A model generated the notes under the pieces. The model ran no database searches. It was not told the DNA's origin and saw only the letters and a program-made list of their open reading frames with translations. DNA of 63,904 nucleotides, the filler included, from Choristocarpus tenellus KU-1152 (Eukaryota > Protista > Phaeophyceae): NCBI GenBank assembly GCA_964200185.2. It is 9 parts of 9 records of this genome, joined end to end, with 100 filler letters (N's around TTAATTAATTAA, not from the genome) between each part and the next. Parts side by side here need not be neighbours in the genome. Positions count along the whole stretch, not along the records: positions 1 to 2,715 come from CAXNAD020025362.1; positions 2,816 to 5,611 come from CAXNAD020024683.1; positions 5,712 to 9,400 come from CAXNAD020018503.1; positions 9,501 to 13,462 come from CAXNAD020016912.1; 5 more parts are not named here. The stretch is one strand, 5' to 3'. Within the stretch, counting starts at the first letter, position 1, and the number at the start of each line of letters is the position of its first letter. Both the position numbers and the translations under genes were made by a program. Below, piece by piece: positions 1 to 12,887 of this stretch.

Positions 1-2476
1 GGGTCAAACTCATCCTCCATAAAATGCTCCATCCTCAATTTTGCCGAGAGGCTGTTACATTGTAGTTCGTTCATGGTGGGGAGTTTGTTGAAATGAGCCC
101 TTATCTTGCATAGTGTGATTTGCGTCTGTGCAATCTGTTGACGTTGAAGTTGTGTTGTTGTCTTGTCACTTTGTGACGATGATGATGGCTTTTTTATGAC
201 GTTGCTCGGTATGTTCTTGCTAATCTGTCTTTTCTGTACCATCGGTTCTCCTGCTACTACTACAGCAATCAGCACAATAACGTCAAGGAGAATAGATAAT
301 ACGTAATATATGAAGTGAGGGGTGTTGGAGGACTGACAGAGGTGTCAGGTCTAGCACCTTCCCAATGAAAAAGACTGATCATCAATCAACACATTTTGCG
401 GCTCATCATCGTCATACATGTCACAACCAAGAATACGAACAAATGCATACATACAGTTGTGGTTCTAGTCGCAGAAGTTAGTTGTGGTGAGTCAAAGTAG
501 ACCAGAAGTATCCGGGTTTTGAGCATGCTGCATTTCAATTCAGTTTTCCAATCTTTTCTATGTGTCCCTGACTGTGCAACGACTATAGAGAGAATACTTC
601 TAAGGAGGGGACTTTTCACTCAGCCAAGGAGGTCATTGTGCATGTGAGCCCTGCTCTTGACCAAGCCTTCTGGATCCTATTCATTAACCCCATTCTTGCG
701 GGTGACTGGTGATTGATCCACTGGGGTGGAAAGTGTAAGCCCAAGACTTAGCTATATTTTTTATCACGATACCCACTAATCTTGTTTGCACGAAGCCTGT
801 AAGGTTGCTCTCCCTCCCTCTCTCCCTCTGTTTCATAGAACTCTGATGAGAAAAAAAGTAACCCTCCATGATCACAACAATGAATCATCATAGATCTCCT
901 ATGTATGCCACAGCCTCACTCACGGCCCCCATTGATCTCCCTCTTCCCATCTCTGCAACTACCTCTGCACCTTAAAACCGCATTATTGCCTCGCACAGTA
1001 TCCTTTCACCTTACCTTTGATTTGGCCACCTTGTGAGCTGTTGTCCATATATATGCATAGTACATGTTAGACACAACATTTAATGTTTCTCAGTCTGAAA
1101 CAGACTAGATACCTGAGGGGGACACCTTGAAGCAAACCGTAAGGTTGCCGATACCTCAGGTTTGCGATTCTCCAAATAGACTTTGGAAACAGATGTGGCT
1201 GAGTTCCCAAGAACAAGAGTTTTAGAAGGCAAAGATGACACGAGGATCACTGTGAACAGCTAGTGTCTATTTAATGTTTGAATTTGGTCTCTTACAACAA
1301 CACAAAAGTTTACATCGATACTCGTGATGCTAACCACACCATACACGCTTGTAAATAAAAAAAAGAGCCTTCAGTCCACTACAGCACCTTGTGAACTACA
1401 GTAAAAATGTGAATGAAGTCAAAGCTGTACAAGTAACTCAAACTATGTAAAAACAAGAGTTCTTGCTAATTGCTGGGGTAGCTGCTCTAAGAAGTTGATT
1501 GGGTTCTGTCATGGTCCTTGTGGGGGAATTGTTTGGTAGGGCATGTTTATGCAGGAGGGTTACAGGAGTACAAAACACAATTACCTCTTCTTTGTTCCTA
1601 AAATCGAACAAAATGGCACAGCCCTGCCTGCGACAGGTAACGCCTGATGTTTCATAAACGCTACAATACACATGAGACAACAGGAAAGGTTATCCTCCAA
1701 TGAGAACATCCACCAAATCCATCAGTTCTCAACTTGCACATAAATGACAAAACCAATATTGAAAAAGCAAAAAAAAAAGAAATACGGCATTCCTCACTAC
1801 TACTGCATAAAACCTCCCTTCCAAAAAGTAGGTTTTATCCTAACTTCGTAACAACTAAAAATGTTAGTCTTTAAGCATAAATTTGAATGTTCTCTTCAGC
1901 TCCCTCAAAAACTCATCTATATAGGAAAAGCATCACACCAAAAGAGTAGTGTGATATAGTGTCAGATGGACCCGAATACAAAGGGGGGAGGGGGTTGAGG
2001 TCTTAGGGCTCATTGCTCACAAAGTATGGACAGAAACATGTAACACTCAAATCATCAAAAAGGGATACTACCTAACTGGAAAGAAGTTACTACCCACCAT
2101 ATAGTGTTAGTAATACTTCATTTCACTACTCTTTCACAAACGAACAGGCATCTATAGACAGAGCTCCAAACAGTATCAGGAGGACCCTCCTGCTGCATTC
2201 TCAATTCTCAAACTTAGAGCTGTAAGATTTGTAAAATCAAAGCTGACGCCATCCACATCAAAAGGAGCAGCCACCTACCCCCCCCCTGCGCATAAGCATC
2301 CCACCCAGAATCCCTCCCCTCTTCCTCTCCTTCTCTTGTCATCCAGCTGTCCCGTGACGATGTACCTTTGCTGGAAAGAGTACTAGCTAGTACTATGAAC
2401 TCGAGAGTTGTAAAACGTTAGGGATCACCACATGCTGACTCCACATTATAAAGCAATGTCCTCCCCTGTTACTCAT

Positions 2477-2715
2477 GAGTGAAAGTATCTTAGAGGGTAC
2501 GAGTTTTGCCCTGTTTGTCCATTTGGGGCTTGGCTTCCCTCGTTTTTTTATTGACATTTTCCCACTCCAAATAATTTCGGAGTAGGTAAAATGCGCATGT
2601 TATGAAAAGGTGTGTCTGGAACAAGGATATTGACACTTCCTAACAAACACGATAGCAAAAATTACATCGAAATTGCAACATTGGATTTTGCCCCCCAAAT
2701 TGACGCGGCTCTACC
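2477..2715 (+). mobile_element. MITE family A copy, right end cut by assembly gap
   Basis: Starts GAGTGAAAGTATCTTAGAGGGTA; internal sequence (GGAACAAGGATATTGACACTTCCTAACAAACACGAT...AAATTGCAACATTGGATTTTG) matches the complete copy at 43525-43784. Confidence 0.85.
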
Positions 2716-2815
2716 NNNNNNNNNNNNNNNNNNNNNNNNNNNNNNNNNNNNNNNNNNNNTTAATTAATTAANNNNNNNNNNNNNNNNNNNNNNNNNNNNN
2801 NNNNNNNNNNNNNNN
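2716..2815. other. Artificial contig spacer (44N-TTAATTAATTAA-44N); identical spacers at 5612-5711, 9401-9500, 13463-13562, 41785-41884, 46504-46603, 49132-49231, 60671-60770
   Basis: Identical 100-bp blocks carrying a six-frame stop linker. Confidence 0.99.
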
Positions 2816-2966
2816 GGGGGGATCTACGCCAAGGTTTCCATTTAGTCCCTGACCAGGAAAAGTGCCCTTACATTATCCATCTGACACATGCAACCAAATC
2901 ACCCAAAAATCATGACATATGAAAAATCGTCCCCGAATGGACAATCCCTCCCAGATACTTTGAACC
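2816..2966 (-). mobile_element. MITE family B copy, one end in the gap
   Basis: Ends CCCAGATACTTTGAACC; reverse complement aligns with 63019-63202. Confidence 0.8.
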
Positions 2967-4210
2967 TGTTGATGGTATTAACGCCCATGTAAAGTGAGGT
3001 AATAAGAGACCAAATAAGATTTTGTTAGCATTTAGGAAATAACTTGATGCATCATCACTGGGTTTTGGAGGTGTTTCCATCTTTTTTTGTAGTGGAAAGG
3101 GTAATTCACCTACACTTGGGAACAATGATGCGATTGTCTCACCTTGCAGTTACGTTTATTATTATTTATTATAGTGCGTTATCCACCAGGTACATGCTCT
3201 GACTACTTTTTTTATCCACTTCCCTTTTAAGTCATAGAATGTTTACTGCCTGTTTTTAATATCTTTACCTGTTTGGTTACATGCAGGTTGGTTTTCTACC
3301 CATCTTGTGGTTTTTGACAAGGCAATGCTTGTTCGTCTCCATGCCCTTGTAGTGAGTGAAAGTTCCTGTTGACTTTTTTGACCTCAATCCAAAACCAACC
3401 TCTGTTACCCCCTACAGCTTGGCTTGAACTGTTTGTTGTGTCCGTTTGTTGTAGATCTTGAACAGTTTGTTGTGTTGATGTTTTTACAGGTTCCTGGTCT
3501 GTCTTGCTATGTGAGTGGCCTGGTGTCAGCCTTAGTGAATCTGAGTGCTCCGTTAGCGATCCTTGTTGCTACCGAAGGCATTGGTTTGGCCGCGTCTGGA
3601 TTTGGCAGCGACGTCCATATTAAACTTCTTCATAAGAGTCAGGTAAGGAGAGAAATTCATGTGGTGATTGGTCAGTGGTGGATTTGAGATGGCTCTGTAG
3701 TGGTGATGGTGCTGGGGGGCCGAGGAGTGGGTTGAGGTGTGGGTTGAGGAGTGGGTAGAGGAGTGGGTTGCTTGAATATTAGTTGAGTTGTTGCTGGTGC
3801 TTGTAGTTTTGATGTATGTATGGATGGGGTGGTCTGCCTTGCTGAAAGGGTTTAAAAGTATGTTTGTTTGCTGTTGTATACTATGATAGTAGGTTGGTTG
3901 TTGATTGGAAGGTTTAGGGACGATAAGACTTTGGCCTCACTGTCTCTATTAAAAGAAATAATAAATATAATGGTGTGTGTGCTGTAGTGGTTGGTATTCT
4001 GAGTTTCCTTCAGGTTCTGGATGATGGTGGGAGAGGAGTGAGGAAGTAGGATGGCGTGCCATTGCGGATTAGTTGTCCAGACCTGCACCCAATTTGATTT
4101 AATTTTGTTTGTAACAACTCATTTGTTTGTTGCTGTGATGTGCTTATGCATGGTTGGTCTTCTTAGGTATTATGTGTGGGAGAATGAGATGCGTTTTTGC
4201 TATGTACGGG

Positions 4211-4250
4211 ATTGAGAGATTGAGAAATTGAGAAATTGAGAAATTGAGAA
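4211..4250. repeat. Tandem 8-mer (ATTGAGAA)n, about 5 units
   Basis: attgagag attgagaa attgagaa attgagaa attgagaa read directly. Confidence 0.85.
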
Positions 4251-4529
4251 GTGCAATCGTTGCAATGTTTGGTGAAGATGTTGGGACAGTTAATCGAAAA
4301 ACTCTTTGGAGTAAGTAAATCCAGAGTGAGTGGAGAACACCATCTCTGTTCTACTCTCTGTAGTATTACTTAGCATCTTAGGTAGAGAATTTCAGCATGG
4401 AGGTGTGTCTGTTATATGGTAACCCATTGCTAGGTTCTTACTCCATGCCCTACCCCCTCCCCCTCCTCCGCCCCTCTTGGTTGAACTGAGCACTCTAAAC
4501 ACCCTCTGGTTTCTGCATCCCCCATGAAG

Positions 4530-5486
4530 GTGTATGTGCCACTGCTGTCTCACTGCCTCAAATCAGATGATCGGAAGGGTGGGTGCCCTGGCCTGGGATT
4601 GGAGTCTGCGCGGGCATTGCATTCCCTTGCCAGTCGCCATGATGAGGGCGTGGATTCAACTCTGTCGACATTGTTGACACCGGGGGGGCTGGCAGTGTTA
4701 AGGCGGTCTCCAGATGAGTTACTCAGGGTGTTGCGATCAACTAGTTTAGTTGAAACGCCTCGCATGATATGGAACAGTGAGTGCCGTGAGACCCTTCAGG
4801 CGCTATTGGAGGTGAGAGTATGAGATTAAGGCTCTGAGAAATTTTAATTTAAACGGGATTTACATGATGAGCCTTGTACAGTCAGTTAGCAGCCTCATAT
4901 GTTTGCATTTGAGGGTTTGGTGTAAAGGTTAATCGTTATTATTTATTAACACGAGTGGCATTTCAGTAATTTTTTAACTTTTTTTGGCCAGGTGTGGATA
5001 GTGTGGATAGGGGGGTATCATTACACCTTTCACTTCTATGAAACAATGGTATGGATAGCTCCACACTTTCTTTGTATGTATACCCATGGAATCAATGAGA
5101 TCAACGTTTGCTTGCTTGCTTTCTTGGTTTGGTTGGTTTGGTTGCAGGTGAGACCAGATACTAGGGCAACAGAAGAAAAGAAGTCGACTGGGGGAAAGTG
5201 GTCGTTCGGTCGCAAGGGGAGTGGTACTAATGGTACCAATGCCAGCGGGGGCGGGGGGGATGAGAAGGACATCTCAGATAGTAAGAAGCCTGTGGAGAAG
5301 GGGTATCGGAAGCTGTCATCAGCAGATCTGGAGGGCTTTGCTTATCCCTGTCTCAAGGGCGAATTGGTTGTGGATGGTGTTTATATCCGTGTTTTGGTGA
5401 AGGAGGCCACAAGGGAGGGGGGGCGGCCTGCTGTGAAGAAGGGGAATGGGCTCGGGGTGGGATTGCCTCTGCCGCCTGATCTCTTG
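4530..5486 (+). CDS. RME-8/DNAJC13 (GRV2)-like protein, two internal exons (4530-4811, 5148-5486); partial
   Basis: AG/GT-bounded phase-0 exons; motifs ETPRMIWNSECRETL and FAYPCLKGELVVDGVYIRV resemble the RME-8 repeated ExPxLIWN...FxYxxLxxELxVGGVYxR motifs. Confidence 0.65.
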
Positions 5487-5751
5487 GTGAGATACAGTGG
5501 GTGTTTGGGATGATGTGGTGTGGAAGGGGTTAGGGGGGGGGGGGGTTGTTGGTGGGGGGTTTGGATGGGGGAGTGGGGTGTTCGTTGTAGTATTGATGGT
5601 TTTTATATACTNNNNNNNNNNNNNNNNNNNNNNNNNNNNNNNNNNNNNNNNNNNNTTAATTAATTAANNNNNNNNNNNNNNNNNNNNNNNNNNNNNNNNN
5701 NNNNNNNNNNNGGGAGAGAAGGAAAAGGAGAGGAATTGGGGGGGGAGGGGT

Positions 5752-5793
<42 letters not shown>

Positions 5794-7729
5794 AGAAAGG
5801 GGGTCCTTGCACTGTTACTGCGGGATGTAACACATGTGTGTTGCCCATACCTGGGGGGTACTCGTAACAGGCGAGAAGTAATTCAAGGACAATGCCTCCC
5901 CAAGGTGCCGGAACATTTCCTCCTGCCGAACATTTTTGCTACAAAATCAGCGCCTTGGTTTGTTTTTTTTTCCGCACATTGGCCACGTGACAGTCAGCCA
6001 TGTCTAGCACATGTATCACATCTTCTTTTTACTCATGTTTTGTAACCCCCCCCCCTCCTCCCCCTCTCCCGGGGACACATCAAGGACGGGCGGGGGAGCA
6101 TAAGATGGGGTACAGGAGGCTGTTGAGAATTCTGAATACTCTCTCTGTGCAAGCCACCATTTCAACAGGGCAGTTCCAACAGTAGGAGGCGGTGTGCGTG
6201 TGTTGCTTGGTTATGGATTGCAGATTGAGAAAGAGAGATTCTATACACAGTTTTCTATTTTTTTCATCACGCACGCCTTCCAGGATTTTCTTTTTTTGTT
6301 TTTATTGTCCCGTGGGAGTTCGTGCATAAGTGCGTTGTGAAGGCGTGCGTTCATTGAAGCAACATCGAGAAATAGCTCACATGATACGGTGTATACCCCT
6401 TGAGAGATCTCAGTACGCAACATGCAACTTGTGCATCAAGAGACTTATCCCCATCCCCCCTGTCAAGAAGAGTTTTGTAAATCTTCATTTTAAAGCTTGT
6501 CTTCTGTTCAATAAAATAGTTTTTTTTTTTTGCAGCAAATGCCTAGCAATTTTCTGTGACCACTTCAGATGATTGGAGTTGCACAAAAGGAGGTCTGGTA
6601 GTGACAATGCTTTCCCCTCTTCCCCATGTCAGCAGCATCAAATTTGTACGCTGCTCAAAAATAGCCTCTCTTTTCAGAATCTTTTTTTTTTTCTTATTTC
6701 GCGTGCGTATTTTTTTTTCATGAACAATCTGCACTATAAAGCTTATTGACTTTATTTTCTCACTTTTCAAATGCTCTGAGAAGAAGAGACAAGAGCCTTC
6801 CACAGTTAGGCCGGACTAGACCTCCCCTTTTTTCTTCTTTATGTGCGAAATAAGTTCGATTAAACACACCATTGCTGCTACTGCCGTTGCAGTCCATTTG
6901 CTCTTACCTTTTTTATTTTTCCCCTCAAGACATAACATAAAATTGTCACCATTGCTTCTTTGGCAAGGAGGAGCCTGATCCCTTGCCCGAAGAAAACAGT
7001 GTAGTTCCCAGGCAAAGTTTGTTCCTTGTGTTCGGAACATAAGGTTGAACGGTTAATGTGGGGTGAGAAGGCTCAGAAAAGGTTGAGGTAGTCTACCCCC
7101 CATCCGTGTATACGACAACAAACAGTGTCTCATAGCATTGGGATCTTCCCCAAAGGGCACCACAAAATATTCTACATGAGGTTTTTCCTATCTATTGATG
7201 CTCCGGATGAGGGTGCATGTAGAATACCAGGTAGCCCTTCCCAGAGCTGAGCAGTAATGCGATCTACCTCCATGTGTCAAGGGTAGTGATTGCAGTATCT
7301 GTATTCTGTCTGTATGTGTCGAATGCAGATCGTTGTTCATTAATGTCGCTATCTACAATACTTGCTGCAGCACACTATCAATTAGAAGGACTGAGCTCCC
7401 ATGGTCGAGGAAAAAACTTCTCACATACTGTTGCTATGGGAACTTAACGGAGCATGGTATATGAGGTGAAGGTGCGGCAGTACCACTGGTACACTATGTT
7501 CCACCAAACGGGTGTAAGAAGCAGATGGAAAAACGCCTATTGCAACAAAGGAAATAATCACCAGTTTTGATGTACCTGACTCTGACATCTGTCCAGTCCA
7601 GGGAAGCGCATCGTGTGTGTGGGTGTACGTTGTATACTTTAATTATATACGTACCAATACATTCTACAAAAGAATATACAATAAAGTCTCCATAGTAGAT
7701 TGGAGCTCTTTCTTCTATTCCATACTCCA

Positions 7730-7900
7730 GAGTATACAATTGTGTGTGCGTATCACTAATCAACTCTCTTTCCCTTGAGAACACTTAAGTCTTTGCTGTA
7801 CAGAGGGGTAGGAGGAGTTGCGATATGTCTTGATGCATGCAATGATGGATGTTGTAGAGTTGATCGCCAAAACGAAGACCAGACTCAGGGTCAGTAACGG
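7730..7900 (-). pseudogene. Decayed hAT transposase C-terminal dimerisation domain
   Basis: With frameshifts reads DP..FWRSTLQHPSLHASRHIATPPT/SVQ..VFSRERELISD, like FW...P.L..A..L..P.TS...ERVFS. Confidence 0.4.
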
Positions 7901-7931
7901 CGGGAAAGAAAGTTAGTGCTAAAGCAAATGG

Positions 7932-8050
7932 TAGGAAAAGTGCACTTATATCATCCATCCGACGTATCCAACCAAATCGCACAAAAGTAGTGACATGAAA
8001 AAAATGACCCCAAATGGACAGTCGCCACCCCCTCCCAGATACTTTGAGAC
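7932..8050 (-). mobile_element. MITE family B partial copy
   Basis: CCCCAAATGGACAGTCGCCACCCCCTCCCAGATACTTTGAGAC end; aligns with 63019-63202. Confidence 0.8.
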
Positions 8051-9289
8051 AACCCCACCCCAGGAATTCAGGCCGATAAGGACATTTATGAGCCTGCCAT
8101 TAAGACCCATCCCTTGTGACAGTAGTGGCAGTGGTAGTATTTTAGTAGTAAAGTAGGTAGCAACTATTCCAGGTCACCTCACTATAATGCCAAGTTTGGA
8201 AAAATGAAGAGCATGTGATGAAATTATTAAAATCAGACTTATGCAGACACAATGTGATGAGAGGGAAGAGGGTGAGACCTGAAAAAAAAAATCAGGACTA
8301 GAAATAACTAGATGTGGACAGAAGAGATTGTGAGGTGAATAAAATGTGGTAATGGTTTCCCACAAAAACCACAACGACCAGCATTTCAATTAAGTCCACG
8401 AAGTTGGAACATGCGAACAGCAAACAACAACAACAAACGCACATAGTACTATTTTTTGCCCAGCCATCGTCATTTCACAGACAGTTTGACGGACAGACGT
8501 CATGAGGAGAAAAGAAGTAACACACAAGATTTCAAGATAAGAACATACACAATGAACACAACAATGAATCTGCCGTACATTGCATACAACCAAAGCCGAT
8601 AAAAAAAATGACAATAACAGAGTGACTTCCTATACACAACTAGTGGAGAGGCGGCATCATTATACATGTTTCCTGTTTGAAATATATCAAGAAAAAGAGG
8701 AGAGAGGAATATAATGTAACTAAGTTAGACCAGATGGTCTAAGAATGGAGAATCGAAGGAAGATGGGTTAGGTCCCTTCTCGCTCTATACTCCAGTACTA
8801 TTAGTAGTTCCTCACAACAACAACAAAAAACAGACCGAGCATTCCATTGAAGTATCAATATGGAGTAGTAGTAGTGGCAGTAGCGTGTTTTTTGTAGGAA
8901 TAGAGGGGTAAACCATCAGTAGTAGTTCTACATGGTACTCGAAGTAGCACATAGGGAGGAAAGAGACCCCTACCTGTGATCAGTTACTATTGCCCACGAT
9001 CACTACAATAGTAATACTCTCCTTAGTGGTAACCAGCGGTACCAGGAATATGGAAAAAGTGTATTAATATTACAAACAAGGAAAAATACAAAAAATACAA
9101 AAAATCGTCCAATGGGCAGCAAGAAAAGAAAGTCGAGCACCTACCCGTATCAAGCAATCCGTTCTAGTATGCACCATTACCAAAATATACCAAACAAGGT
9201 CCAATGCCAAACCTCCATTTATTCAGAAAGAGAAGCAAGCTGGAACACAGCAGCAACAAAAGAGAACCAATCCGAAAAAGTTATAAAAA

Positions 9290-9303
9290 GGGTCAAAGTA
9301 TCT

Positions 9304-9342
<39 letters not shown>

Positions 9343-9400
9343 AGCGGACACCTGACAACGCCACCCCCCCGACAACGCCGTGCCGCTGCTTGTTTCACAA
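9290..9400. mobile_element. MITE-type TIR (GGGTCAAAGTATCTG + poly-G) at contig end; similar ends at 46482-46503, 49232-49260 (subterminal part only) and 63819-63904
   Basis: Same TIR as family B, followed by a G run and then the gap. Confidence 0.7.
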
Positions 9401-9500
9401 NNNNNNNNNNNNNNNNNNNNNNNNNNNNNNNNNNNNNNNNNNNNTTAATTAATTAANNNNNNNNNNNNNNNNNNNNNNNNNNNNNNNNNNNNNNNNNNNN

Positions 9501-11780
9501 CCAGCTCACACATGCACCCCCAAACATTACCACACCACCAGAAACAGAAATCTTGAAATCACACAATTGGCGTAGTTTGCATCAACATAGCCAATGAGTT
9601 GGTCCCTAGGTGCATTCCTGTAAATCCTGAAATCACCAAAAAGTCAAACCCCTCTTACTTGTCCTCAACAAACAAGCAATTACTCTTTCAGCCCCATTCC
9701 AATCCGTCACTGTGGGATTCACAAACTGCATCGCTAGGCTCCATACTGCTGATGTTGCATCAGACCTTGTCATGATTGATACCCACATTTAGATACCACT
9801 GATCATAGATCTGTAGTTGTCTGGAACAGATCCCTCCTGCTCCATTCCCTTTCTCCTTCCAATCATCCTACTCCCTCCTTGGACCTCTGTACTCTCCCTT
9901 TTTCATCCATCTCCCCCGGTTGAAAATGTAGTCCCAACTTAATGAGTAACTAAACTGAATCTTTGAATGTCTGTTTTGTATGCCCATTTCCTTGTCCACA
10001 GCCCCATTCCACAAAGGCCACTCTCCTCACTACATTGCCTCTCGTGTTTTCAATTCCCGCTCAATTCCAGGCAACTACTCCATTAGTTCGCCCGGTTCAG
10101 ATGTAGGGTTAGGGCCATTATTTGGACCCACGTGTCTCAGCACTTTGTTCCTCACACTCCCCTGCTGTGACTCTGGGTCCATATCACCAATGTCAGTGTT
10201 CGACCTTTCATCTAACTACCTTTTCTCCATCACCAATCCTATTGCATTTCCTGCTACCACAGGACTTAGCAGAGCTTTCTTAGAAGCATTTTGACTGTAC
10301 TCATCCACAGTCCAATTCAGACCTGGTTCAGCGTCCCCAGCCATCAAATGCCCTACCCCAATATCCATATATGGGGACTCTAATTTGTATTCGTAGTGGT
10401 GACTCTTGATGATCCCGATTTTATTTGTGTACATGCGAAGCTTTGATGTCCTATTTCCCTGCATCCAAAGCAAGTAATGCCCCCTTCACTCGCCTTCTGC
10501 TTCTTGATATGTGGGCACTTGGATTGGAAGTGAGATCTTCCACATTCCCAACAATTGGTTTGTCTACCAGTGCGTCTGGATTGCTGTCCTGCCACCAGTG
10601 CGCCAGCTCTCACCCCAGCCGATTTTGTCCCTCTTTGGATGGTGCACGGTTGATATCTTTTAAGGACTAACTTTTCCAGTTTCATCCACCCTTCTACTGA
10701 CTCCTCATCATCTGGGACAAGATGTCCAAATACTCCTCGCCGAGTGAATTTTGTAGCCAACCCACTCGATCTTCCTCCGTCACAGAACCTCTCAAGCTTT
10801 TCAACTCCATTATAAGAGCCTCCTTCCGGTTGATGATGTCAGCAGGATCTCCCCCAGGTTCCAGCACCATGTCCATCAATTGCCATTTCACGAGATTTCT
10901 CTCCATTTGTCCAGAATGAGCATAGTTCTTGACCAGTGCGACGAAGGCCTCACTCGGAGATTTGTACGTCAGCACGATGTCCAAAAGAGGTCCTGTCATC
11001 GCCTCTTGCAGTCCATTAATTGCATACATCGTTGCATGGTGCAGATACGGGTCCACACCCGCCGGGGAATACTTCAACGACACTACCCTTAGATGTTCCT
11101 TAGTTACTACTGGCTCCCTCCATCCAACCCGATGATAGAGCGCGTGTAAGAAACGTTTTGCTCCACTTCCTCCACGTCCCTAGTTCCCCCTTAAACGCAG
11201 GTTGTTTGGAGGATTATTTCGTCAGTTTCAGGGAAAATACGGGTCTAGCCCCCACAGCCACCATATCTCTAGCCCCAGCCCTAACCTCGCCCCCTTGCAA
11301 AGGTGATGTCCCATCATAACTCTCACCCCCCCCTCGGGTCATTGTTGGTTCTTCCATTCTGTCATCAATGGAGTTTAGACTTGTATCGAATCTTGATCTG
11401 GGCATCATAGTTTATCTTGACTCCTTCCCGGTGATAGCTAAAATACAAGTATAATAACTATTCAAGCACGCTTATAAGAATGCTATTGCATGTTAAGCTG
11501 TCCTTGACGATCTGTTGTCCCACACAACCAGTTATATTATTGTTTATTAGCTTGTATGGAAGTTGAGAAGAGAGCGAGATGCCTTCACTAGGTGGGGCTC
11601 ACCAATCCTTACATCGAATGACTCAGAATACCAAATTACTCAACGTATCTCTAGTACACGCCAGAAACACTCCGACTCTAACAGTCCGTCGATTACTTCT
11701 GGTCAACTAATACCCTAACCCTAACTATCCCGCATTATCTTCTGTACGTACATAGAATAATATTTCAAATCATATTCTCA
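9501..11780 (-). mobile_element. Degenerate, internally deleted Ty1/copia LTR retrotransposon; candidate LTR about 11491-11780
   Basis: Gag UBN2-like region 10694-11408; two CX2C...H...C zinc knuckles (CWECGRSHFQSKC, CFGCREIGHQSFAC); pre-RT linker KTREAM..EWPLWNGAVDKEM; RT end/RNase H motifs YRSMISG..TRSD...NPTVTDWNGAERVI...SVSGGVVMFGGACVSW; stops and frameshifts; candidate LTR bounded TG...CA, low confidence. Confidence 0.85.
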
Positions 11781-12680
11781 CAAATGGTCAAGCATAATCT
11801 TGACAAAAGTCTTTCAATCCATCTCCAGCATGTTTCCAGTGGCCTTTGGACGAAAATATTTCATTTTCTATACCCTGTCACACAGGGATGTGTGCATTAG
11901 AAGTGATTCAGAACTTTTTCCTTGCTTACATGATTCCACTTGATCAAGGATTTGAGTTTTTTTATGAGAGCGCTGTTCATCATCTTTCCAATTTCTCCAG
12001 CTAGATGAGAACTTGAAAGTGACTAGTATTTTTTGTGAGCAATCACCTTATTGACTCAAATGCAATATGTTGGCCATCCCATTCAGGTAGAAATATTTTT
12101 TAGAAATATTCCCTATCATTTGTATCTTCTTATTAATTCTACTATTGAGTTTTAGTTTGCCTGGCATGCCTCTTTGTGTGTGACCAACACATTGCAGTGC
12201 GCTCTGTACCTGCATGCCCTGGAGAACTACTTTGTTAGAGACAGGTAGAAATTTGTGTTGATTTGTGTTGCTCAAGACACGAAGGACACAATGGCTGTTG
12301 AGTCTGCATTAGTGATACACTCCTTGTGCCTACCCTTGTCTGCTTGAGGTATCACTCCTCCCCCAAGGCATGACAATCTTGGCATTTTGTGTGCGGTCAT
12401 ACGTTAATTGGCAATAGATTCTCAACTTCTCTAACCCCCCGGTTGTATTTCTCTTCTCTGATCCTGTGTACCCTGTAACACCACGAAGAGCGCCATAATA
12501 TTCCACAATGCTACTAAGGTTGAGGAGGATGGTGTAGCTCACCAGTGGCGAAAGGTGACCGATGTTGCACAGGCTGAGGAGGTGGATCCCTTGACTGTGA
12601 GTATTGAGGCAATTGACTCTGTTGGCATCGAATGTTCATGGAACTATCATCTTTCCTGTGGCGTAGACCATTACAGATCG
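11781..12680 (-). pseudogene. Decayed Kolobok-type (Mutator-like) DDE transposase
   Basis: Ordered remnants across frameshifts: IVP*TFDA, YCQLTYDRTQNAK..MPWG, HKECITNADSTA (compare IGDGDS), LQCVGHTQRGM (compare ECVGHVQKRM). Confidence 0.45.
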
Positions 12681-12887
12681 TATGCTTACATCTCTTGCTG
12701 GTACTCTAGTAGCTTATCCGTTACCAACTGGGTTTAATGCTTGGTGTTCATACGTGTGTCAGCACAATACTGTGGGTGTGAGACTAATTGATGTGACATG
12801 TACCAACATTGTCAAGTATCTTCCTGATGACACCCTCCTTAGGACTGGTGGGGACCATGGGGCAGTAGACGTGCTTCAAATTCTAGC

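Noticed and set aside
2716-2815. Repeated TTAATTAATTAA palindrome flanked by Ns as a biological repeat
   Set aside because: Identical 100-bp artificial contig linker; ORFs running into it are artefacts
11588-11604. TGGTGAGCCCC (minus strand) as the copia primer-binding site
   Set aside because: Not immediately preceded by an LTR-ending CA; complementarity to a tRNA cannot be verified
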